Source: Folioceros fuciformis (lineage: Eukaryota). From it: a stretch of 60,910 nt of DNA. The notes under the pieces are model-generated. The model searched no databases. It saw only the letters and a program-made list of their open reading frames with translations, and was not told where the DNA came from. Made by a program: the position numbers and the translations under genes. Location of the stretch: positions 70,393 to 131,302 of the forward strand of contig JBNGIO010006095.1 of NCBI GenBank assembly GCA_049999805.1, given 5' to 3'. Every line of letters begins with the position of its first letter. Within the stretch, counting starts at the first letter, position 1. Positions 11,988 through 23,570 of this stretch are shown here, piece after piece.

Positions 11988-12701
11988 GTGTCCTCGGACA
12001 CAACATCTTACTCCACAATGGGGTAGCTGTATAAAGGAACCGCGTTGCTGGTGTAAGTGTGTCGGTGTGCACGTCGTGCACTACACTCTAAACCCGAAAC
12101 CGTCAACCACCCCTAATGGCGGTGTCAATCGGTGCATCTCTGAAACCCTACCAAACCCTAACCTCTATGAATCCCCGACATGTTTCCTATGTGTGTAGTG
12201 TATCTTAAAATACTATGTGATGTCCTGATTTTTTACTATGAGGGTGCATGAACCCAAGAAAGGACGCTTGACGTAGCTATGTTTAGCATAGGAATCTGTG
12301 GTAGATTCTACCATATATTCCCGTATAAAATACATACATACATATTGGTATTCCATACATGAGCTAATGACATAGACAAAGTAATGTCGCACCCTTCCCA
12401 AGGCGCTCCAACGTAGCCATGCCATGCCGCTTCTCACTGGCCATCGCGGTGCATACACACTCGGCGTATGTTTCTCCCTCCTAATTCTCTGTCCTCGTTT
12501 TTTCCTTCCCCCTTTTGCCTTCCCTAGCATGAATCCACATGTGCATGATAACTCCTCATTGGTCCTTAAAGTATTGAACAAAAGCGGGTTGCAAACTCTC
12601 ATACCTTGCATAAAACACTTCCAAACACGTACCCAGCATCTACCATTGTTCACCCCTCTTGTTAATGTACATAATGCAACCAAGTAGTGCCATCATATCA
12701 C

Positions 12702-12890
12702 CCTGTATTGATGCATCGTTCACTTTCTTGAGTAATTGCTGCAACATGTACTGATGCATCTTGCTGATGCATCTTGAGTAATTGCTGCAACCTGTACTAC
12801 AACCTGTATTGATGCATCGTTCACTTTCTTGAGTAATTGCTGCAACCACTCATGTTCACTTTCTTGAGTAATTGCTGCAACCACTCATGT
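12702..12890. repeat. Irregular tandem repeat with core TCTTGAGTAATTGCTGCAAC (4 copies)
   Basis: Direct copies of TCTTGAGTAATTGCTGCAAC near 12727, 12773, 12827 and 12862. Confidence 0.85.
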
Positions 12891-13832
12891 CGTACATGCC
12901 ACAAGCACAAGGAAACCAAGGTACTAGAGCCGAATGCTGATTAAATGACATTCATTTCAGACTTGCAGTCATCCATTAGGAAAGTAGTAGGCATCCACAC
13001 ACTATTGCTGTTTTGCTTTAGAGCGGCAAGGCATTTCCCCAGTTTGTAATCACCCTTGATGCAATATCTTAGCTTGTTGCAGAGTTTGTAATCACCCTTA
13101 GGCAGGAATTCCGTTTGAATGGTCATCAAACACCAAATAGGTGAACAATTGAAATGTAGGAACATAGTGGATGACCATGTGTTAAACAAGTGGCCATACA
13201 TTGGAAAACGTGGACCCACAATGCAAAAACATTAATGTCACTTACTTTCCACTTCTTCGTGCCGAAGGTGGTGTTCATGGCGATGATAGACCTATGCCCC
13301 CATTTCAACATCATGTTGTGTTGGAATGGGGTTTGAATTCCAAGAGCAAAGGTGGTAGACCTTGCAGGTGATGAGTAAAAGATGAGATTACTATGCAAAA
13401 CTATCTATATGCGAAGACTATCTATGTCATTTGGATGTAACCTCCAAGTCTCGGCTTGTAGCTTTGCTTCCATGTTTCTCATGTCTTTCATCAACAGAAA
13501 ATTGTCCCGTTCTAATTGACAAGTTGAGTTTGCAAGTTTCTTGGCATGCACACCTGCCATATGTTCTGCCAAAAATGGTATGAGAACTTAACGTACAAAG
13601 CAGGTTGTGTTTTATCCATTCCCTTTTTTGCACATTAGGGGTAGGGGCAAACTGGTATTTTGTTGGCCCTCCAAGATCCAAAATGCTATGACAGAAGTTG
13701 TTTTCTCTGTCCACATGAAACCACCCATGTATGAGCAACTGCACAACAGATTCCCACGATAGCAACCGCTCACAAAAAGGGAAAATTGGCAACCTCGTTT
13801 ATGACTATCACTTGATTTCACAGCAGATTTCC

Positions 13833-14034
13833 TGCTCCCCTTGCCAGCCTTCGATATGTTAGAATTGTCTAGCAGCGGTNNNNNNNNNNTGCTCCCCTTG
13901 CCAGCCTTCGATATGTTAGAATTGTCTAGCAGCGGTCCACCTCCTTTCAACTTGTTATCTTCTGCTCCCCTTGCCAGCCTTCGATATGTTAGAATTGTCT
14001 AGCAGCGGTTCACCTCCTTTCAACCTGTTATCTT
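13833..14034. repeat. Tandem repeat, ~73-bp unit, about 3 copies, spanning a 10-N gap
   Basis: TGCTCCCCTTGCCAGCCTTCGATATGTTAGAATTGTCTAGCAGCGGT at ~13833, 13890 and 13963. One copy may be a gap-edge artefact. Confidence 0.85.
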
Positions 14035-14953
14035 TCATGCCATAAGCACATTCATACCATACGCACATTCATACTTAGAGTACTATGCAAAGCTCCTTGG
14101 TGTTACCATGTTGGATGGCTGGCCTAGCCTTCCCCAGGAATCTCATATCACGAGTCTAGTTGGGAACAAACCATTGGAATCCTCCCCTTGTGGAAATCTC
14201 ATATCACGAGTCTAGTCGGGAATAAAGCATTAGTTTCCTCCCCTAGCAGAAAATCGAGCACCCTCTCAAGCCATGATGTACTCAATTTGACGGGAACACT
14301 TTTGCTCCTCACTGTGTGCACAGACTCAAGCGCCATTGGAGGCCCTCTTTCGAAAAGGAGCCTAGGATTGGATCCTATATACTAAATGGACAGCCGTCCA
14401 ATCCCCCTTGAGGAAGTTGAGTTGGAGCAGTCCTACAGTCGTACAGAATTGTTCCTTCCTTGACATTGTGAAAGGACTCACGAGGTAATCAGTGGTGCTT
14501 TAAGTTACAGACCTGCCATAACGAGTGTTAGCAAGCGAGTACGAAATGCAAATAGTGAAACGCACAGAGGTCAGACTCAAATTCATAATGTTGCTGATAA
14601 GGAACAGAGCATTCGCGCTCCAAAGCCACCTTGATAATCCATTGCGATCAGCTGCAAAGCCAAGTGCTTTAGTCGGGCTCGTGATGGAGATGCTCCACCT
14701 AAGCACGCAGGAAACCGGGGAGAGAGACAGCAGAGAGAGAAAGTGGGGGAGTGAAAACGCGGAAGGAAAAGATGGGATAGNNNNNNNNNNNNNNNNNNNN
14801 NNNNNNNNNNNNNNNNNNNNNNNNNNNNNNNNNNNNNNNNNNNNNNNNNNNNNNNNNNNNNNNNNNNNNNNNNNNNNNNNGGGTGTGTATGCCGGTGGCC
14901 GGTGAGGAGGGGCATGGCAGGCTCCATTGGAGGGCCTTGGGAAGCGCCCGACA

Positions 14954-16869
14954 TTACTTTGTCCGTGTCATTAGCTCATGCCCCGGATTATTAGCATTGG
15001 TGTCCAGGGGTTTGACCTGGACCTCTGCTCGAAACCACGTGGCTTCCTTGAAGAGAAAACCGTTTCTGGGATCCAAAATGTCCTGGAGCTCTCGACCGAA
15101 GCAGTCCAGGCACATGGCAATCCTCTCTCTCACCTCCTTCTTCACTGTGTGCACTCCTTTGTACTTGTGAGCGAAAACACGCAGATTGGAGTCCCACACT
15201 GACACAGATATCTCGACGCAGATCGGGGTTGGCGGGGCACTTAGGGACACGAGGCCAAGGGTGACTCGTTTCTTGTTGCCATCGGTGCAGCCTTGGGGCC
15301 TGATCGGTTGTAGGAGCCAGATGAAGAAGTACCCAGAAACACAGAACCTTTCAGAGCAGAGTGAATTTGTTGCAGTCTTCATCCCATTCCACGCATCCAG
15401 AGATAGGTTGAAGCACACCACTGCATGTGTCACTGGCAGGTCCACTGAAACACATTCCACAGGTAGGGCATGCTTCACCCGTCGCTGAAATCTATGCTTC
15501 TGACTAGCAGCGATTCCAGCGGCCATCATCTGTCTCCCTTCCTCGTTCGAGGCTTTGTACAGCAGTGCCTCCAGGATGAGCTCCTCCACGTACACGGCTT
15601 CCGGGGAATTGCTTAGAGCCCTCAGGCGAGGAGTCTCTATGTGTGGCCATCTGATGAGAGGTCCAAGCCTGGTCCAACAAGCTCTCACGTCATCAGCACT
15701 GTTGCAGTTCACACCAACCCAGCCCCGCACTGCATGGAATACAGCCTCCTCGTGAATTGCCAGAAGCAAATCGCTCTTCAGCAGTAACTCCAGGGCTGTG
15801 ACGGGAAGCTTTTGGAAGTCATCAACATGGTCCCACCGCCCTGGGTTCTCTGCGTTCATCACGGTTATAGTCGTAAAATGACTTGCCAGGAATGAGATGC
15901 TCATGTTCATGAGCACCTTCATATCAAGGGTCTGGTCAACCACTGATGCCAAGTCCAAGAAGTAGTTGCTGCGCTCCACTGTCAACGGAAAGCTCTTCAG
16001 TTGTCGCATGGCGTGCTCCACACACGATGCCACCAGAAACCTCTGTGCCAAAAGCCAAACAGCAGCTATGTCTTCCGCACTGCTTGCATCGGTCTTGCCA
16101 GTGTAAATAAACCGAAGGAGGTCCAGGAAACCCGTCCTCTCTGCAGCCCAAGAAACAACAAGCCCTCCGCCTTAGCATCCAAACCACCATCCTAACCCTA
16201 AACCAGATGCGTGTGCTGCGGAGGAAAACCAAGGTCTTTCTTACCTCCAGCTTTGAGATGGATGTCAATGATCCTCAACTTGGATTCTTGGAAGCACTCT
16301 CCATCGAACAATCTCCGGAAGAAGAGGGACTCCTTTGCCAAAATCACTGAACTGACAGGTACATCTTCTGTTGTCACCGGCTTCACATCCACGGAGGAGC
16401 CGCAATGGATGGTCACTGCCTCCGCAACACAGGCAGTCCACCGTTAGAAACCTAGACACCTCAAATTCCCCTGCATGACCGAACGCAGCATACTTGCTGT
16501 TCGCTAAGCCTGCTGAACATTGCACACAGTTTGAGCCAGCACGATGCACGAGGAGATGCTTTTTTCACCTGTGTCCGATGTTGAGCTTGGAGAAGCCGGG
16601 TTACAGCGGCGCCTTTTCACAGGCCTACGACAAGACTGCTCGGAGATCTCACTTCCGTTTCCTCCCTCGATGCTGCTGGGCTTGGCTTCGCCTGGTGACA
16701 GATGTAGGCGCAAAACACGGTCAGAGTAACGAGGCTGCTGCCATGCGAATTCGAATGAGGCCATGCATGCCAATGGCTGCTGGTCCTCTGCCGCATCAGA
16801 GGCAACAGCGTCAACCGCATCAGAAGCACCAGCTTCAACCGCATCAGAGGCAACAGCATCAGATGCCAT
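14954..16869 (-). CDS. BTB/POZ-BACK domain protein, LRB/POB1-like CUL3 adaptor (divergent, spliced)
   Basis: FEFAWQQPRYSDRVLRLHL; PVSSVILAKESLFFRRLF...ESK; FLDLLRFIYTG; AQRFLVASCV; BACK region LPVTALELLLKSDLL..HEEAVFHAVRGW; C-terminal FRAEVQVK. Start is ATG 16869 (MASDAVASDAV repeats) or ATG 16764 (MASFEF). Stop TAA at 14954-14956. Confidence 0.85.
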
Positions 16870-16974
16870 AGCAGAACGTCCCGTGCTCCGAAAATGGCGA
16901 CCTGAGACGAAAGGAATCAGACGCCCCCTGCTGAGGCACACTTCCTCCGCGCCCGCACCCGCACCCGCCCTGAA

Positions 16975-19435
16975 ATGGAAACCAAGGGGCCAGCGCCGGA
17001 TCCCGTTGCCGTGCTGCGAGCCCACCGAAGTGCCGTCACGGCAGTAGCATTCCACAGCCCCTCTGGCACGCTGCTGTCAGGGTAGATGCTCTCCCGTCTT
17101 GTCCTGTCCCAGTGGTGACGATGCTATTGCTGTCGAATTGACGACCTGATTGCAGAGACGCGGACGGGGAGCTGAAGATCTGGGACCTGCACCGCCACAG
17201 GACTCTGTCGTCCTCCAGGTGGGCGATGCGATCGCTGTTACTCAGCGCATCTCTTTGTTTGTTTGACGTTCCGAGCGGTTGCCGAGCCCGTTCTATGATG
17301 GCAGGGTGCACAGTCCGGCTGCTGGAGTGACAGGAATTGGGACCAACGCTGCCTTGGGCAATTCCGTCTTGAGGTGATTTCCAACGCCTTTGCGGGCTTC
17401 TTGATCCAGCAAGCTAACCACTCCTGGCCGATCTGGTTCACTGCAAAGCCGTTTCACTGCGCGCTCCTGTGTGTGTGTGTGTCAGCCAGGGGCGTGACGG
17501 GACAGTTAAGTGCTGGCATCTGTCAGAAGGGGCTCTGTCAAGGTACTACACCTGCACATCCATTCCCAGCTTCCAGAATCTGCTTCGGCCTTGTGGGTTG
17601 TATGGAACGCACGGCATGACGCCATTGTTCGGTGATGTCCTACATCGTGCAGGCAGCCCTTGCTGACTATCGAGACAGAGTCTTTTCACTTCTGCAAGCT
17701 GTCTCTGATCCGGACGTCTCAGGAAGACGTTGGTACCCAGACAGACCCCGTTGTAGACGATGTGGGTAAGAAGCCAGAGTTAGATGGTCCGGTTGGAGGA
17801 CTGGAAGATGATGACGAACCATCCACCCCATCTCTACACAGGGTACAGAAAAGGACGAGCTCGGTACTTGGGGGTGGCTTGAGGCAACTTCTCGCTTCTC
17901 CCAAAGCACTGTCTGCAACCAGAACTCGACAGACAGGTGGAGTGTTTGCTGTTGGTGTAAACTGTGAGTTATCTCACGTGGGAGTCCGATCGTGATAACC
18001 TGCCCGTCTTGTGCGTCTCTCAGTCAGTGCAGCCCAGGAAAATGTTGGTCGAGGGCGGGTTTTAATGGCAATTGCGGGAGAGGAAACGTCTATGGTAACT
18101 TCTCCTTTTTGCATCCTTTTCTAGCCCACATATTACAGTTCTGGAACCATTCAACTTCCGTTGTAGTCTGGATAATCTGCGGACCAGCCTGAACGTCTCA
18201 CGGGCAGCTTTTGTAATGCCTAGTCTCTGCTTGCTTGGACGAGGGAAGCTTTGGTTATCCCTGAGCAGTCCCGTCCGCTCAGTGGCTTGCTGTGTTGCAT
18301 TTCTTCCAGATAGAATTGTGGGATATTGACAGTGGGAAAAGGGTTCAGCATCTTCGTCGAAGTTCTTCTGAAAGCATGAAGTCGGCAGGTTTCTGTCATG
18401 CTTTGTGCTCCAAGCCTGTACATCCATTTTGTAATGGTACAGATTTAATTGGTGCATAACTGGTCCTCACAGGCATGTGTATGGCTGTGCAACTTTTCTC
18501 GTGCCCCGAGTCCGACAGCAGTCTGATGCTGCTTGCAGGGTGAGTTGTCCTCCGTAGTCTCCTTTTCTTAGTCATGAACATCAGATACTCAGTAGACTGT
18601 GCTCCTCTTCCCCAGATACGAAGATGGGGGTGTCGTGCTGTGGGACCTGCGGAAACTGGATAAACCAATTCTGAAGAAGAGGTTGCATTCAGAGCCTGGT
18701 AAACACTGCAACTTGTTCCTGCTGGCATGACCATGTGGAGTTGCGTTGTCGTTCTAAACCCCGTGTTTTATGAACTGCAGTTCTGAGCGTCAGCCTGGAC
18801 CAATCAGGTCACGGTGGTGTTTCCGGTGCTGCTGATGACAAGTTGGTCTTTTTCAAGTTAGACAATGCACAGGTCTTTTTCAGTAACATGAGCTCTAGAT
18901 ATCTACAAGTCCAGCATGAAACGTCCTCAGTATCTCCTTCCATCATCGTGCTGACCTCTAGTTTTTGCTGTTGCCTCAACAGAACAGCTGTACGGTCACA
19001 AAGGAGATCGTGCTTGATCAGCCAGGCATTGCGGATGTTGCGATACGTGTTGATGACAAACTCGTTGCAACTGCTGGTTGGGACCACCGGTGAGTAGATG
19101 CAGTGCTGTTGATCAGTGTCAGTGCATCAAGATGCCAGCGGACATGATGATCCATGGGGATGTGGTGATGACACCAGGGTTCGCATCTATGAGTACCGTC
19201 GCAGGCGCCCACTTGCAATTTTGAAGTATCATGCAAATGGGGTGAGACACTGGCAACTGCTGCCTCCAGGGTCAGATGTATGAACTGTTTGTCAAAGTTA
19301 GTTGCTGACAGACAACACCCTCTTGTGCTACTACAGGTGAGTGGGGTAACATTTTCAGCTGACAGTAAACTGTTAGCATCATCCTCGAGAGATAGCACCG
19401 TGGCTCTGTGGTCAATATATCCTCCTTCCAGCTGA
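16975..19435 (+). CDS. DSE1: WD40 protein, DSE1/TANMEI/ALT2 (GNB1L/Asa1 family), multi-exon
   Basis: Spliced peptides PAPDPVAVLRAHRSAV, DGELKIWD, SQGRDGTVKCW, TESFHFCKLSL, GMCMAVQ, GYEDG, ATAGWDHRVRIY, LAILKYH, LASSSRDSTVALWSIYPP. An in-frame upstream ATG at 16894 is an alternative start. Confidence 0.9.
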
Positions 19436-19805
19436 GACGATAAGATATGCTCACTCGGTCACTCGGTTACAAACTGCAGTCAGCAGACCTGACTTGCTCC
19501 AACCACGCAGACCTAAAAGGACTGGGTGAGTCTTCTTCGCGGGCCGTGACTGAGCAGCATCGTTTTCCTTTCCTATCTGACTCATGTGTTTCTCTAACTT
19601 GTCAGGCTTTCTCGAGCAACGGGACCGGCAATGTTAGCTTTCAGCGAAGGCCATGGCGGTTTCGTCCTGTCTTCGCTCTCCTTGTTCACTTAGGGCAGGC
19701 GTGCAGAGGCTTCTTATTGTATGAGAACCGTTACAAATGTCCAGTTTGTGTTAAAGCACAAAAAGTTTCGCAATCATAGTTCAACCGTTTCCTGAAGTCC
19801 TCAGG

Positions 19806-22511
19806 CTAGTCCATGGGATCTTTGTCGAAGTATCGTGTAGAGGTATGTCGAGCAGTAAGGAGCAGGAGAGTGCACAGACAGCTAGCAACAAAAATACCGT
19901 CGAACCACTGATGGTAGAAGTTGAATTGATGGTCTGCTCCCAGAACATCGGTGATGATAGACCTACACACAGGCGATAGTCGTCACTTACCAAAAGAAAT
20001 ACGGACATAAACAACCCAGGAATGTTAGTTCACCTTCTTGGTACCTGTAAACACTGCCCAAACTCTTCCTGACGAGAACAATTTGGGAGACGCTGTAAGT
20101 CCCTATCAGCTCCGCCAATATAAGGACAACATTGCTTAATCGAAGGTTGCTGCCGCCAAAGACTGCAAAGAAGACCTGAAGTAGCATCGCAGATATGCCA
20201 CACTGAAGCCGTGACACCATCATGCCTCTCAACACAGATTTGAAAGTCAGCTTACCTTCACATTCGACAAAAAGCCTCGTAGAGATATTGCCATCAGAAG
20301 GCCTATGAACATCATGGAGGTGTACTGCGTGCACATCAGATAAGTGACATGAGAGACAACAGTACCGTTTGATGCAACTGAAAGCTAAGCTGTCCTGGAG
20401 AACCTCGCACACGGGCACAAACATTTCAGGCAGACGCACCTGGTAACAAAGAGGCACATTGATTTCAACACTAAATAAGGCTAGGAATATTCGGATTGCA
20501 GTAGTCACTGGATCAAACTCCTCAGCGCCAACCTGCACATACACACTCGTACGCATGAGTAAGACCACAAGCGTAGTCTGGGGGGGGGTTGGCCTCTCAG
20601 TATTGAGATTCCAGGGTCTACCCCATCAGAAAAGATGCTCCGCGCAGACTGCAGGAACACAAGTACACTACGTTCAGCTTTTTTCCTCTTGCAGCCTAAA
20701 TACAGAGCTCTGTGAACAACCATAGTAAGCAAACCAAACAAACCTTCCACATCTTGTACACACAGTACACAGAAAGCACATAGCCAAGAAGGTTCTTAAG
20801 ATGACCATGCCAAGTCCGTGCGAATCTTGCCGCTTCCTGCACATCAGAGTTTCCACGGCTGTGAAAGTCTGTTCCAGTCCACAACATGCCTTCAGATCGC
20901 AAGCACATCATACACGCTTTTGGACATGGGTGGACAAACACCAAGTAAAGATCAAAGACATGGAACAAAAAAAAAAACCTTTGCTTTACGTAGTTCAGAC
21001 ACCTCCCACTGAAGCTGCTTCGCAAGCTCTTCCAGAGCTTTGGCCTCTACTTTCATGTCTCGGATTTCTGATTTTGCAACACAGAGCAACAGTGAAGTTG
21101 AGTCGATTCCCTCTCAGAAGTCATCATGGACTGCTATGCAACAAGTCAACTTATTTCACCCGGAGGAGGCTTACAAACCTACGTTGCTCACGCTCATCCT
21201 CTTGGACGCTGCGCACAACAACTCCTGCTGCTCGCCTAAAATATGACCTTGAGTCCCCTATCTGATCCAATTGAATAGGTGCCGATACCACGTGAGTCAG
21301 CTTGGAGCTGGAAGTGCATGAGTAGAGAACAGATCCCAAAACAGGTTTTCCAACAGGTATGTGCAGAGGCAGTCTACCTCCTGTGTGCCAATCAATTCTG
21401 CAGTGCATGCAGAGATCTTTTGCTTTTTAGAAGCACATAGGTTAGAGGCCTGCATATGCTGAGCCTCTAACCTCGCAATATCATCTTCTTGAATGTCCCT
21501 GCCAAAAAGCATCTGCATGGTGTACGTACATTAACTGATAAAACAAGCCAAACACAAACATGGACAGAGTTTATCACCATGCTAACGAACTTAAGGTGTA
21601 CTGCAGTCACACCAAACTCATACCCGGAAACGTCTACGACATGACCCATCCTCATAAGAGTACCTGATAAAAAGAGAAAGATAGCTGTAGGGCAAATTCA
21701 CTGCTCCGAACCCAGACAATATGGCCATGAAAGTGACACCGACAAAGCCCATCCGACTAGCCAGCTGCGGAACCGTTAAGAATCCTGCGTACTTGATGAA
21801 AACCACGAAAGTCAAGACGACTACATTGTAGCAAAACACCCAATACCACAGAGAACGTGCAAATGAGGTAAGTCGCCAAAGGGAATCCACCTTCATTCCG
21901 AGCTATTACAGGGACAAGGGCTCCCATTCGCCAAAAAACCAGTAGAAAAGCTACGAGGAGCACCAGTGAACCAACCAGAGCCCTTTCTTTCCTCAAACCT
22001 GTTCACGTGAAAACAGGACTGTGGTCATCGGTGGTAGTGAACCTCCCTCTGGCACCAAGACCCATTATGCAGGGTGTAGAGTGCTCACCGTAACTCTGCA
22101 GCAGGAGTAGACCCTGATAGTAGGGCAGTAGAAACACCAGCAGACTAATCAAGCACCAGACATCCAGCTTCCAAAGGGCTTGAAGTGCTCTGTCGATCAG
22201 ACCAGCAGAGCATTGGAGGCATCCCCGAAACAAGAAACTTTCCAGCCACAGAAGTAAGTAATTGAACTTCATGGATGAAGCACCCACCCATCAGAGAAAA
22301 TAGGCAGAATTCCAAACAACACCAGCTGCATAAGGTGGAGGGAGATAGAGAAGACAGCGGTGAAGCAGATCTGCACCATAATAGGCACCTTCCTCCTCAC
22401 ATTCTCATGCTGTAACAGCTTCCGGTTCAAGAACCACCAGCCACTTCCAGCCAAAACCCACAATGACCCCACTGCCAATGCTCCATCCCTTAAAATTCCA
22501 ACCACGGTCAT
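19806..22511 (-). CDS. GTG: GPCR-type G protein / Golgi pH regulator homolog (GTG/COLD1/GPR89 family), multi-exon
   Basis: [82 protein letters not shown], and the last exon [26 protein letters not shown]...DKDPMD*. Confidence 0.9.
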
Positions 22512-23570
22512 AGCTACGACCGTGTCAACGGACCTCGACGCTCAACCCACGTCGAGCACATGGCTTTCGCTCACAAGCAGGCTCTTAGCTGGGTAGCTAC
22601 AATTCGTTGCAATATAATGCGTTACAACAGCTGCCCATTCTCATAACGAGCTAGGTACGAGGAGGTGTATAAAATCACGAAGCACGTAGTGTGGGTGCAT
22701 AAAATGGGCCTCTAAGAGCTTCAGGCCCACCCTAGGAGAGCACATAGACAGACAGGAGGGAGGGCCGACTAAATCTACGAGGTCAGCACCAACTCTTCGG
22801 CAAGCTCGACTTTCTTTTTCTTTCTTTTATTTTAAGTGAATAGATCAAGATATATGTATATAAGCTCGACTTCGATCTTCGATAAACCTCTAATTATCGT
22901 AGACTCCAATCCAATTCTCCATGCATGCTAGTTGTGCAGAGCTTAGGGTTTAACTCTCTTTGCTTACGTTGCCCTCTCCATAGCCACTCTCCCTAGCGCA
23001 TAGCCACAAAGGTCTNNNNNNNNNNNNNNNNNNNNNNNNNNNNNNNNNNNNNNNNNNNNNNNNNNNNNNNNNNNNNNNNNNNNNNNNNNNNNNNNNNNNN
23101 NNNNNNNNNNNNNNNAAACCATGAAAAGTGTCCAATAACAAACTGTTCTTGGTCCCTCATGCGAGGACTGACTAGCGGCAGGCATTTTGTTTGAAAAAGA
23201 GAGCGTGCTGTCAAATCCCGTATAACGAATTTACCTCACCGGCGGTGGCGGTTTTGTTGTTTATCGGCTTTTGAGGAAGAGAATAAGTACATGTTGTATG
23301 TCGTTGTGGATAGTACCCCGCACCCAGGTGGCAATAGAACCCGGGTTATTAGAGAGTTAATCCGTCGAGTCCGGCAAGAACCCTAAACCTTGTCGGACAA
23401 GAGGGGAGAATGTTGAAGCGTAGTCGATCGCGCTCGGAAACATGGTCTCAGCTTTGAAAAATCCTTGCTAGTGCACACGCCGACGGCGTCATCTCCTCGA
23501 CTTCGATGAAGGCAGTACCCGGCGGGTGAACTGGTGCAGGATCTCCGCTTCCACTCTGCTCTCCAGTATC

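Larger units (their letters stand above)
12358..14980 (-). mobile_element. Mutator-like (MULE) element relic with ~105-bp inverted repeats and a decayed transposase-like gene
   Basis: Arms 12358-12462 and 14881-14980 are inverted copies (CATGAGCTAATGACA..GACAAAGTAATGTCG..CTTCCCAAGG..GCATACACAC). Minus-strand fragments between them, in order: RVLDF..ETNALFPTR, YECAYGMKD, KRGCQF, HVDRENNFCHSILD, FALGIQTPFQHNMMLKWGHRSIIAMNTTFGT, FLMDDCKSE. These match my recollection of plant MULE-related SWIM-finger proteins. No TSD; a gap lies at 14781-14880. Confidence 0.65.

Noticed and set aside
12079-12200. CACTACAC...GTGTAGTG resembling a mini CACTA element
   Set aside because: Only 8-bp termini, and the 3-bp flanks (GTG vs TAT) do not match.
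12240-12357. Apparent extension of the BTB C-terminal similarity (KRPFLGS vs RKPFLGS)
   Set aside because: Nucleotide similarity is not continuous upstream of 12358; probably chance.
22943-23390. Telo-box-like motifs between GTG and importin-beta
   Set aside because: Short, common motifs next to an assembly gap; function cannot be supported from sequence.
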